From Lama glama (Eukaryota): a DNA stretch of 64,000 nt. Below, piece after piece: positions 24,608 to 36,094 of the stretch. Location of the stretch: NCBI GenBank assembly GCA_028534125.1, contig CM052816.1:71116001-71180000 (forward strand). Reading direction: 5' to 3'. The notes beneath the pieces were generated by a model that ran no database searches, was not told the origin of the DNA, and saw only the letters and a list, made by a program, of their open reading frames with translations. How positions within the stretch are numbered: position 1 is the stretch's first letter; every line of letters starts with the position of its first letter. The translations under genes and the position numbers were made by a program.

Positions 24608-27600
24608 GCTATCAGTGACACGCAGATTTCTCCGTGTATTCTCATACTCTCATACTTAAACCACTGCCAGATTTTGTTCATGGTCCTTCCATAATGTGTT
24701 TCCATTCAAGCTGACAATTTATGTGCTAAAGCTCTGTTCAACATTTCTCTGGATTATTGTATTTCCTTGGCATGGTTGATTGATTTGCTGAATAAAAACC
24801 CAGTAGCCAGTCTCTTTCTTTGGCCCTGTTTTAGCAAGCTTAGGTAACATGATTAACTGAATCATGCAATATGTTCATGCAGACTGTCCTTTCTGATGGG
24901 GTCTCCTAGTCTCTTTATCAGCATGATGCTGATGATTGGTCCCTTTGACTCCTGACTGTGCTAAACACGAACCATTTCTTCACATGAATGTTATTATTCT
25001 CTTTTATTGTGAATGACTCTCACATCACCCACTGATTCATATACTTCTTGGTCTTTCATCGATAATTTTAGTTTCTATATTTGCCCCTGTTGGGATTTCC
25101 TCCATATCTTGAAGCCAGAGAGTCAATATAATTGGTCTTATTTTACCTAAACAAGCAATTTCAATTTAACATTTTAGATTCCATCTTGTGGCAACAGATA
25201 TTGGCTGATTCACTGTTAATCACATAAAGGGTGATGCACTGAGATGGTAAATGAAAGCATATTGAATATTTCCTACTGACTTTCTGTGTTGTTTGAAAAA
25301 ACAGTCCATGTTTACATTTGTATGCACCTTTCATAATATTTTAATTGCACAAAGGAATATGGCGTTTTCAAATGCTTGATAACCACACACACAAACACAC
25401 ACACATACATGCAACTATTTTTTATACCAGAAGAGTTGAAGTATTTACTTAAATGGTTATTTTCTTCAACCCTAAGACAAAGCAACTTTTAAATGATTGT
25501 ACCAAATTGTTTTGTACTAATGATGGAGGTTTTTAGCACTTATTTCTTAACTTTATTGTTGACTTTATCTTGCTACCTGTACAACTTTATAGTCATTATC
25601 ATATAGTGGAAAGCACATTAATAAAATTCTTCATTTTGTATACATATAACTTATTACATGCTAAATCTTAACTTATTAATTTACCAAGGGAAAAATAAGT
25701 CATCTGTATTTTCCTTTTTGAGACGTCTCTCTAGGTAGAAAATAAACTCTTTTAAAATTTTACAAACAAGCTCATAATGAAATGACCTACAGAAAGCACA
25801 AGTTCACAGTATATTTGAAGTTAGGTTTATATTGCTTATATCATGGATCAATTAAATATTTTAATCTGAATTATTTAATTAAAATAAGACAGGAAGTAGA
25901 TTTATCCAACTTCTAGAGAGATCACTTCTATCATATAGTAAAAACTCAATGATTGTATTTCTTAGCTATTAGATTTAGTATGGTTTTAGGTTTTTGTGCT
26001 TATTTTAAAATTTATAATCAACTATAATATTTTAAATTAAAGAAAAAATCAGTTGTTAAATTCCTATCCCAATAAAGATAGAAAAGTACCCAACTTTTAA
26101 AAAATGAAAACAATTACATGTTTAATTTGATAAGGTAATTAAAATGTATGTAAAATTATACAAATGTGACTATTTTAGAGCATAATTTATCAAATTCAGG
26201 CTTTGTCTGCTATACCAAAAATTTATTATGTATGATTAACTTCCTATTTATATAAATGGCATTTTCTTTGGATAATGTTCCATATAGTTACACAAGTAGA
26301 CTGATGTACATTTCTTATTTTCATTTACACATCTGTTTACAAATTAAAATTCTATTCTAAAGACTTGAGTTCCATCAAATAAATATTTTTCTGACAACAG
26401 ATACTAATTACAAATCAAAATCAAATTATATCCATTCCATTCAAGCCCACTATAACTTTGTCATAAGATCAAATATGGGAATGTTTTATTTATAACATGG
26501 GAGATAATTCAATAAAAATGCGTTGATATTCTCATAGCTAATTTTTAAAATAACTCCTACTTATTTTTCCTTTTCTTAGTTTGTCATTTCAGAATTCATA
26601 ACAGTTTATATCTTTTGATTTAACATTAACATGGAAATTGAGGCAAAACAAAGAATTAAAGGTAGCCATTATATAACTAGAAAGATAAATAGCTTTTCTT
26701 TTCCTTAATTAAAAAAGTTTATAAACATGATCTACCAAATAATATTTGTCCTGATTAAATGTATCATTTCAGTTTATTCAGACTTTGCAAAATCAATTAT
26801 GGTCATTTTCTATCAGCTGTTTTCCACCCTATTTTTATTTATAATTTAAATATCTATAGAATTTCTTTAATATACAAGCGTGAGTGTAATTAATTAAGTA
26901 AAGTTCTTTGAAAATAGTTTTTGGCAGGTACAAGTAGACCTTCAAATTTGAAAAACATACTTGAACAATAATTATAAATAACGGCTTAGTGTCCCAAAGG
27001 GTCTTGTCAGTGCGATCATTTATCTGTGTAAGAGTCTGTCGTAAATTTTGAATGAAAACCAAGGCACTAAATGTCTGGCTTAAATGCTGACTTCTCTGAA
27101 GCTAAGAGGCATGTCTCCTGAATTTAGTTGTCTTTCTTTTATTTGGCATTCATACACTGTTTCCTTTTACTGTGACTGTCTAAAGCAGACAAAGAAAAAT
27201 AGGTGCTACACTTTCAGAGAGCACAAGTGACAGGCATTAGGACCTCTTGACTGCGTGTCTTGTGGTCAGGGGCATCCAGTGTTCTGCAGGTAGGGATTAC
27301 ACAGGCTGAGGAGCATCTGCTTTGCCCTGATGAGGGCTGATGATAGTGCTCTGTGTTATCCTGTAACAAGCCTACCGGTTAAAGAAAAAAAAGGTTGGAG
27401 AAATTTCTATCACAGAGCTAGTATGCCAGCAGGTGAGAGTGCAGCCCATCTGTGCATGAACAGCTACCCAAGCAAATAACATCTTATTTTTCTTTCAATG
27501 TAATCCACAAAGATAAAGGGCAAAAAGAGTCATCTTGGATAAGAACATGAAAAAAGATAGAAATAACACAAACCTGATACATCCTGTCACTTCTCAGAAT

Positions 27601-29949
27601 ATGTTTTAAATACCTGGTTTCAGCTAGACATGGACTGAGCTATCACTAAAGAGCTGCTGTGAACTGGTTTGTTGTAAATATTATGCTTCACAAATTGATT
27701 GATAGTAGAGACTTATCCCGGAAATTTAAACTAATATGTTGACTTTCCCAATGTAGTCGCCTCCTGGCTTATTCACCTTATAATTGTTCGAATTTATCTA
27801 CTGTGACCCATGCAGACTTCCCTTTCTGGATAGACTATAGCACCTTTGAGGCTGGGAAGGTGTTTCAGAAATCTCTAGTAGCTAACATTTATGCCTGACA
27901 ATAAGTATCTGCTGAATGAATCAAAAAGTCAATACAAATAACCTAAAATGTGAACCTGAAAAGATTTTGTTTTATTTTACTGGGAAACTGAATGGGCAAA
28001 CTCTATTAAAGATTTAATTTTATTCAAAGATGGCACTTTTTTAGTGTTCTTGCTACAACTAATTTCATTTCTATGAGGAGACAAAGGGCATGATCTTCCG
28101 AGTTAAAATGTACTAATCATCTGTTGGCAGCTTCCAACAGTATGAGAAATGTTCTTGTCAGAACTGACCTTGTGAAAGTGGATTCCATGAATTTTCAAGA
28201 AGCGTATTAAATTCCAGTGAACATCAGCAAGTCCTGTTTCAACTGTTTTGCACACTGATAAAGAACTGAAAATGAGGACTGAGGAATTTTCTCTAAATTG
28301 CTGAAAATAGGTCAGTACTCATCATAGATTTTCAAACTATATTAGTATTTAAATGCTCAAAACAAGGTATTTATGGATTTTTAAATTAAGGTAGCAACTT
28401 CTAAATTTCTACACTGACCAGCAAATTTTTCTCATATTAAAACTTCGAAAGAGATTGTATTCTTTCCATACTAATATTGAATAATTTGATTCAGCTGACA
28501 TTTTTATACAGAATCGATTTTAAGAATTGTTTTAACTTATCTTTTGTTTTTTATTTTTTTAATTACTTGTCTAGTATTTTAAATCAAAGTTCCAAAAGCA
28601 GATCTTAATTTTTTGTGTGGATAGGGGTAGGAAGGAGGATACTGATTCTGAATATTTCTGTAGGGCTTTGTACGTATTACAGCTACACCTGAACTCAAAG
28701 GCACTCTCCGAGCTCTTTAAGCCAATTATGAATCAGGGAAGCACGGTTCTGCTTCCTGACCAAGAGGAAGCCACCCGAGTGCAATAGTCTAACTCCTTAG
28801 AGAGTAATTTTTCCTTAATGGGTTTCACTTCAGTGACTCATACTGATTATGTAAGATGCAACACAATTAAATACGCTTCTGTGTGGCTTTGCACACATGT
28901 ACACGTGTATCTGGAACAATGCAATGACATTTGCAGTTGCTTCTTTAAATAGCTTTAAAAAAGGAACAAGCAACAGCATAGAGATTACCAAGAGCCACTT
29001 GAGTGGAGGACAGCGGGAAAGGCTGGATAGGACAAGAACTTCAGTGGAGGGAAACGGCCAGGCTTCGGAGAAGAGGTTGATTGTTTCTGTAAGGTTAGGA
29101 GTCATAAGGCGGACAGGAGAGATGGGGGCTAGAGATGCAATTTGAAAAGAGTCAATTAAGTCCAGAGAGGCAGGGAAGTGGTTCCAGATGGCAGGTAAAA
29201 CACAGGAGAAAGAGAAAGTGGTGGAGTGGATAGAGGTGAAGAGGGCGAGGGGTGCCTGGGGAAGGAGCCTAGGGAGGCTTTTAAATCTGAATTTAATGAT
29301 AGAATAAAGTAAGTACAAAGAAGCCAATGTTCTGAAACAACTTTCAATAACAATCTAACGTAATTCAAGATCAGAGTTTTAAGTACATTTGCAGCTATCT
29401 AGGAGTCCGATAGCATAAGCCTTCCCAGGAGCCATCTCCTTTCTGCCCTAGAGTCACCTGTCACCGCCGAAGCCTATGACGTCCGTACAAAGAAACACGT
29501 GGCTCATAGGCTGAGTCCACATTTTAAAATTGCCCAATATACTTTTCAAGATTATTGAACTCTATAATTATTAGTTTACACGTATTAAAAGGAATAGAAA
29601 ACTAAGTTATAAACTTAAATTTTCCAGAGTTGAACTGAATTTCCCATGCCAGCCTAACAATTTTCTTTATAGGGTTTATAGGATTTAAGATTTAAGAGAG
29701 TAAGAAACCTCTTATAAAAATGCCCTTGATTTCTGTTTTCTCTTCAGATAATGGTGATGGCAACTATAGAATGGCAGAGATTGCTCCAATATAAGATGCA
29801 ATCTGTTATTCCAAATAACAGATTGGAAGCAGTGGGAAGCAAATCTCTCTTTGTTCATGCTCTGGCATGAGAATTTTGCTTAAAAGTGCTGAGTAAAGTT
29901 GGTTCTCATTGAAAACTTTTTTATTTATTAGATGCTTACTTGTTTTGAA

Positions 29950-30250
29950 TTTTTATTGAGCATCTATTATGCATTAGGAACTGTGGTGCGTACTAAGAAT
30001 TTAAAGACTTATTAGGCAAAGTTTCTACTCTTCAGAAGTGTATACACAAATGAGGACACTGAGTTCAGAAAATAACTACAAAACCAAATTTTAAAAGTGT
30101 CAGAGAAATAGGGGAACATATAAAACCACTGTCTCATTAATCATTGAGACATCAAAGATGGCTCCCATGGTAAGTGGATCCCAGAGCTGTAAGTAGCCAT
30201 ATCATGCCCAAAGCATTGTCATGTGGTTTCTTCCAAGGGGAGGAACAATA
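29950..30250 (-). mobile_element. L2 3' fragment
   Basis: tttattgagcatctattatgcattaggaactgtg, antisense of the L2 terminus. Confidence 0.6.
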
Positions 30251-30552
30251 GCTCCCATGAGTTGCCAGTAACTGTTCAAGTTGTCTGGCCTCACAACAAT
30301 GTATTTTAGCTTCTTAAAAAACAATTTTTAAGGCCTTGGTAGGCGGTCAGTGTGTCTTATGTAATCACTCTCAGAATCTGTCTCAGTACTGCTGCTGGAG
30401 GGCAGGATGCTAGAATTTGACTGAGAGGCCCTAGAATAACAAAAATAATACAACCAAGGTAATGGATTTCCTTAAAGAAATAATCTTGTATAAGGCAGGG
30501 TAACATCATCATTTTAAATGACCTATCAGTTCTCTTCCTTGCATGGTCTAGA

Positions 30553-30772
30553 TCAATGGTTCCCAAGCATGGCTTCACCATATAATTGTCTGGGGAGGTT
30601 TTTGTAAGAAGACAGACTTGTACACATATCCCATCCCTTGGAAATCTATCATATAGCAGTAGTCAGTGATGAAGAAATTACTGTGTGTACACATAAATAT
30701 GTTGATTCCCTATATATTAAGCTCTCAGATGATTTTTTAATGCAGGACCATTTTGAGATTTGGGAAACACTA
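30553..30772. mobile_element. MER5-family hAT-Charlie MITE
   Basis: Degenerate TIRs caatggttcccaa ... ttgggaaacacta; flanks gtctagat/gtttaaag resemble the NTCTARAN target; internal aagctctcagatgatt. Confidence 0.65.
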
Positions 30773-31509
30773 GTTTAAAGGGAGACAGCTGGCACTTGGA
30801 GCCAATGGCAAGTCCTCTGTCTATCAGTAAGTAGCTATGTTCCCTTCCGTGTGACTCAGGACCTAGCGTTCAGCCCTGGCACAGGACAGCCCTACCCAGA
30901 ACATTCACTCTCCTGACCCACATGGTTCAGGTTCCAGGGCACGGTTTTTCCACACCTCTTGCCAAATACACTCAAAACAAAAGGCAACTGCATCCAAATG
31001 CCATCTGCAAAGGTCTGTGAGTTTTTCCGCTGCCAGCATCAGAGATGGATCATGCTTCAGAGTGCAGGCAGGACTTGAGCGACAGAAGAGCTTGGGTAGG
31101 AGAAAAGACAAGTTAATTAACCTGTCAAATCATTCCCTTCAGAGAGCACACATTCAATAGAAACTTGCATAATGAGATATCATTTCCATTTTCTTGCATC
31201 TTTTTGTGTTCTGATTCATTGTTCAAGAGGTACCTACAAATTAGTGTGGTATTTGCAAAAATCCCATATGTCTGAGGAATTTTACAATATAAAACAATAT
31301 ATTATTCTTAAATTTGTGTGTGCTGAGGTCTAGCATGAAATGTAATTCTGATCCTTTACATTAACTACTAGGTTGATATTGAATACTAGAACTCACTAGA
31401 GAACATAAATGCAAAATGTAAACAATTGTTTACATTTCCTAAATTATCTTCTTAATAACAATGCATAAAAATTTGTAGATTTTGAATGTAATTACATTTT
31501 TGTTATTGG

Positions 31510-31685
31510 AGATTGGCTGACTATGGCTCACTGCCTGCTTTGGTAAATAAAATTTAATTAAACACAACTTCCCTTTAGACTTACTATTGTTGATGGCTGC
31601 TTTTGTGTTATAACAGCAAAGCTGAGTCACTATGAAGGACTATTTGCCTTTCAAAGCTAAAATATATACTATCTGACCCTTTACA
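31510..31685 (+). mobile_element. MER58A-like hAT MITE, truncated by the gap
   Basis: cactgcctgctttggtaaataaa...atggctgctttt...aaagctaaaatatatactatctgaccctttaca. Confidence 0.8.
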
Positions 31686-32185
31686 NNNNNNNNNNNNNNN
31701 NNNNNNNNNNNNNNNNNNNNNNNNNNNNNNNNNNNNNNNNNNNNNNNNNNNNNNNNNNNNNNNNNNNNNNNNNNNNNNNNNNNNNNNNNNNNNNNNNNNN
31801 NNNNNNNNNNNNNNNNNNNNNNNNNNNNNNNNNNNNNNNNNNNNNNNNNNNNNNNNNNNNNNNNNNNNNNNNNNNNNNNNNNNNNNNNNNNNNNNNNNNN
31901 NNNNNNNNNNNNNNNNNNNNNNNNNNNNNNNNNNNNNNNNNNNNNNNNNNNNNNNNNNNNNNNNNNNNNNNNNNNNNNNNNNNNNNNNNNNNNNNNNNNN
32001 NNNNNNNNNNNNNNNNNNNNNNNNNNNNNNNNNNNNNNNNNNNNNNNNNNNNNNNNNNNNNNNNNNNNNNNNNNNNNNNNNNNNNNNNNNNNNNNNNNNN
32101 NNNNNNNNNNNNNNNNNNNNNNNNNNNNNNNNNNNNNNNNNNNNNNNNNNNNNNNNNNNNNNNNNNNNNNNNNNNNNNNNNNNNN
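31686..32185. other. Assembly gap (exactly 500 N)
   Basis: N run. Confidence 0.99.
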
Positions 32186-32384
32186 AAAATTGTAGAATAG
32201 ATAAACAAGATTACACTGTATAGCACAGGGAAATATACACAAAATGTTATGATAACTCACAGAGAAAAAAATGTGACAATGAGTGTGTATATGTCCATGA
32301 ATGACTGAAAAATTGTGCTGAACACTGGAATTTGACACAACATTGTAAAATGATTATAAATCAATAAAAAATGTTAAAAAAAAA
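32186..32384 (+). mobile_element. Young camelid-type L1 3' end, 5' side lost in the gap
   Basis: Near-identical to 22420-22653; ends tcaataaaaaatgttaaaaaaaaa. Confidence 0.85.
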
Positions 32385-33180
32385 CATGCTGGGAATGTAT
32401 ATTGGTGCAGCCACTATGGAAAACAATATAGAGTTTCCTCAAAAATTTAAATATAGAACTACCATTTGATCCAGTAATCCCATTTCTGGATATATATCCA
32501 AAGTAAATGAAAACAGGATCTTGAGAGATATCTGTATGATACCACCATGTTCATTGGTTCATTGCAACCTTCATCATAATAGCCAAGATATGGATACAAT
32601 CTAAATGTCCATCAATGGATGAGTGGGTAAAGATGTGATATATGAATATTACTCAGCCATGAGAAAAGAAGGAAATCTAGCCATTTGCAACCATTTGAAT
32701 GGACCTTAAGAGCATTAGGCTAAGTGAAATAAGTCAGACAGAGAAAGACAAATACTGCATGGTATCACTTATATATGGAATCTTTAAAAAAAAAAGTCAA
32801 ACTCATAGAAACAGAGAACAGTAAAGTGTTTTCTAGGTCTGGGGGAGGGGAAGGAGAAATAGGGAGAGGTTGGTAAAAGGATACAAACTGTCAGCTATAA
32901 GATAAATAAGGTCTGAAGATCTAATACAAAACATGGTGCCCATAGTTGATAACACTGTATTGTATAATTAAAACTTACTAAGAGAGTAGAACTTAAAGGT
33001 TCTCACCAAATTAGGAAAACAAAGATAATTATATGAGGTGATGGATGTGTTAATTAACAAGATGGGGGAATCCTTTCACAATTACCTATATCAAATTATC
33101 ATGATTTACACTTTACATATCTTACAATTTTATATGTCAGTTATACCTCAGTAAAGATAAAATTGAAAAACAAAAACCCA
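32385..33180 (+). mobile_element. L1MA9-like ORF2 end and 3'UTR
   Basis: ggtgcagccactatggaaaac...ctaagtgaaataagtcagacagagaaagacaaatact...gaggtgatggatgtgttaatt...A-rich tail. Confidence 0.85.
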
Positions 33181-34329
33181 AACAGAAATTTGGAACATCA
33201 GTGAGAGACACAAATCAGGAGCCCAGAAAGACTCCAACAGGTGCATTAATAGTCTGGCAGGTGGGTTATCAGGTGTTGGTTTAAGATTGGCTTCACTTAT
33301 CTCTTTCTGTTGCTTGGTTAGAAACTGGGGGCTGTGGCCAGGTAGCTGGGTTTACCTCACTCACACCTGACGATGCTTAGCACCTTTCAGGACACAGGGC
33401 TCACTCTCCCTCCACCTCCTTCCATGCTCCTTTTGGCTTCTGCAGGGAGTTGTGTACTAAAAAAAATTGGGGGACTGCTATGTTAATGTTAAATGAACCT
33501 CTTAAATTAGTGAAGTATTCTATTTGAATCTAGCAAAAAAAAAATTATTATTGGGTTGAAAATTACCTGTCTTGCTACCATGCTGAAAAGGTAAATTGGG
33601 TCCTAGAAAAACTTAAGGTGTATAACTGACCTATTATGTGTCTGTTTTCCATAGATTTATTCATGCTTTTGTCAGGCATTTGTATTTTCATTTCATACCA
33701 TTTTAACCCTAGTTAAAAAGCATAGCTTTTATTTTACTTTATCTTTTTATTGGCCAAATGTATAAGTAATATCATCAAAGAATATTCTTATTATGCTGTT
33801 ACTTAGTAAGCCCTGTCCATACTCTTTACGTTTTAAAAAATACTTAAACATGTCATTATCTATTATTTGTCCATGATAGTTTCTTTTCTTACTCTTTCAT
33901 CTGCCACTGCTTTTCATGATTAAAGAATGGTTTTTATTTGCTTGCTTATATCAAGATCTACTCCTACAACAATTTAGACACTTTCATTCTTTCTATATAT
34001 AATCGGAGTGATACGCTGTCTTCTTTTTGAGATTTGGTGAAATGTTTTATGGTATTTTAGTTGTAAGTTTGTCACAACTTTGAGAAAAAGGTCTACTTAT
34101 GGCTGCTTTGTAAAGTACTTGCCAAATATTTATAAAGTTTTCTTGATCACATCTTGTTTATGTTTTATTTGGGGTTAAATTGATTTCTTCGAGATAAAAT
34201 GTCTAACCAAGACATTGGAAATATGAATTATCCCAATTATTGATAATTGGATAAACTCAAGGGAAAATCATGAAGCTTTGAGTGCATATCACATCACAGC
34301 CCACATCTGAAAAAAAAAAAAGACATCTA

Positions 34330-34860
34330 CAGCTGTCCCTCGTGTTCCTTGTCACTGCTGTGCTCTATCCTTAAAACCTGCAATTCCTAGCCAAAACTGA
34401 CTGGATCAGAAAATGACAGCCACCCATGGAATGGACATAAAAGGAGCCAGGTGCCTGTGAAGAGGTCTGACTTGAAAATTCTGACTCCTAGAAATTCTCT
34501 CTTCTGGCTGGTAAACCACCAGCTTAGACAGAACTTTCTTGTGGGGGAGTCTGAATATGAATCACACAGAGAAGTAGTCTATATTAAATTAAAACAGAAG
34601 GTTAAAGAAGCATGGAAACCACAAGCAGAAGCCCTCGGGAAGAAGCGGCAGTGGAAATGGTAGTAGTAAGATGCAGTGGAACTAGAAGTAGACAAAGAAA
34701 AGGTGACTCAAGAGGATGGTGCACCACATTAGGCTGTCCAGCGGGCACAGCTGCTGCTGAGAGGTCTGTATTTCCTTAGACCCTCATGGATTTCACTTCC
34801 ATCCCACAGTAAGCTGAACATCTATCTTTGTCTTAAACTCTAAAAGAGTCCTACTAAATG
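34330..34860 (+). mobile_element. Ancient MaLR/ERVL-type LTR remnant
   Basis: Purine-rich LTR-like body ending aaagagtcctactaaat, similar to MLT1-type 3' ends; family not assigned. Confidence 0.4.
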
Positions 34861-35863
34861 CTGGATATATAATTACAGTGTTTTACTCTGAAAGCAGCTA
34901 CAACATCTTGAGCAACTGAAATAATTGAAGATGTGAATACATAACCTTGCCTCTGTCCATCAGCTAATATTTATAGAGTTCTTTGTTGATACCTAAGAGA
35001 CAGGAAAAAACAGTTTCAGTCTTATGAGTGGCCAAACTCAATTTTAGTATATTTTAAATTAGCATTGAAAGGGGCATTAAACTTTCAAAATAAAGATGTT
35101 TCAAATGGATCTGATTAACTACATTTCATTGATCCCCTTAGATGTTGATGAAGGCACAGCAGGATAGTTGCTAGCACTATAATAAATGGTGTGTTTTTAT
35201 TATGTTCATTCTTAGGAATCATAGTGTCAAATCTAGTCTTATAATAACAATTATAATGCTATTAGGAGTAGAGAAAGACTTCTGAAAGAATCAGGCTGCC
35301 ACTAAATTGGTTAGTGTTCTAATGTATAGTAATTTTGTAGCTCTTAGCTTTGAATTTCTTTGTTACCATATTTGTGTCTTGACCCAAAGGACATAGATTT
35401 GGTCTGAACACCAAATGATGTAAAAAGATGTTAAAAGATTTTATTTTTAACATGGTAAGAAAAAAAGGACCATATTTCTTGAATTAAGGTCTCATTTTCA
35501 ATCTCAGGGGATTTTCTTTGTGAAACATTTACTAGAAGGAAAAATGTTAATTGAATCTTCTCATTTACACCTTCCATCTGTTTTCATTCCAGCTGTGTCT
35601 CCTTAGATACTTGAGAAGCCAGTCAAGTTTGCACTTAATGGTTTTAACTGATTGCAATTGTAATTTAATAAAACTGTTACAAATTAAAGGGAAAATGTGA
35701 ATAAATATTATATACTTTATGTTAAATGTACAAAATAATAATTCCACCTTCCTTGGTTTAACTTAGTATGGAAAAAAAAATCAGCCCAGCACTGGCCTTC
35801 TTCTTCTGTAGGTTATTTGAAGAGCCATAGAGCATAGAGCATTTATATTTAGTTTCTATAAGT

Positions 35864-36094
35864 CAAGGTTTCCCAACCTTGGCACTATTGATGTTTTGAC
35901 TCAATATGTATTTGTGTGTGTGTGTGTGTGTGTGTGTGTTGCTGTGTGCATCACAGGATATTTAACAGTAACCCTCGCCTCTACCCACTGGAAACCAGTA
36001 CCCACCCCACACCCCAGGCACGATAATTAAAAATGTCTCCAGACTTTGCCAAATGTCCTCTGGGAGGCAAAGTCATACTGGTTGAGAATTACTG
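35864..36094 (-). mobile_element. MER20 (hAT-Charlie), near full length, with internal (TG)n expansion at ~35912-35939
   Basis: caaggtttcccaaccttggcactattg...cctctacccactgg...aaaaatgtctccagactttgccaaatgtcc...ggttgagaattactg. Confidence 0.9.

Noticed and set aside
24620..25300. Possible ERV-internal or transposase relic
   Set aside because: Could not match it to any family or protein motif by eye
27320..27350. ctgatgag resembling a hammerhead ribozyme core or C/D box
   Set aside because: No stem II followed by GAAA and no stem I/III architecture; only a 5-bp hairpin gccct/agggc
28830..29368. Overlapping ORFs up to 165 aa
   Set aside because: Purine-rich sequence, probably decayed antisense L2; Leu/Ser/Pro-biased translation, no domain and no splice support
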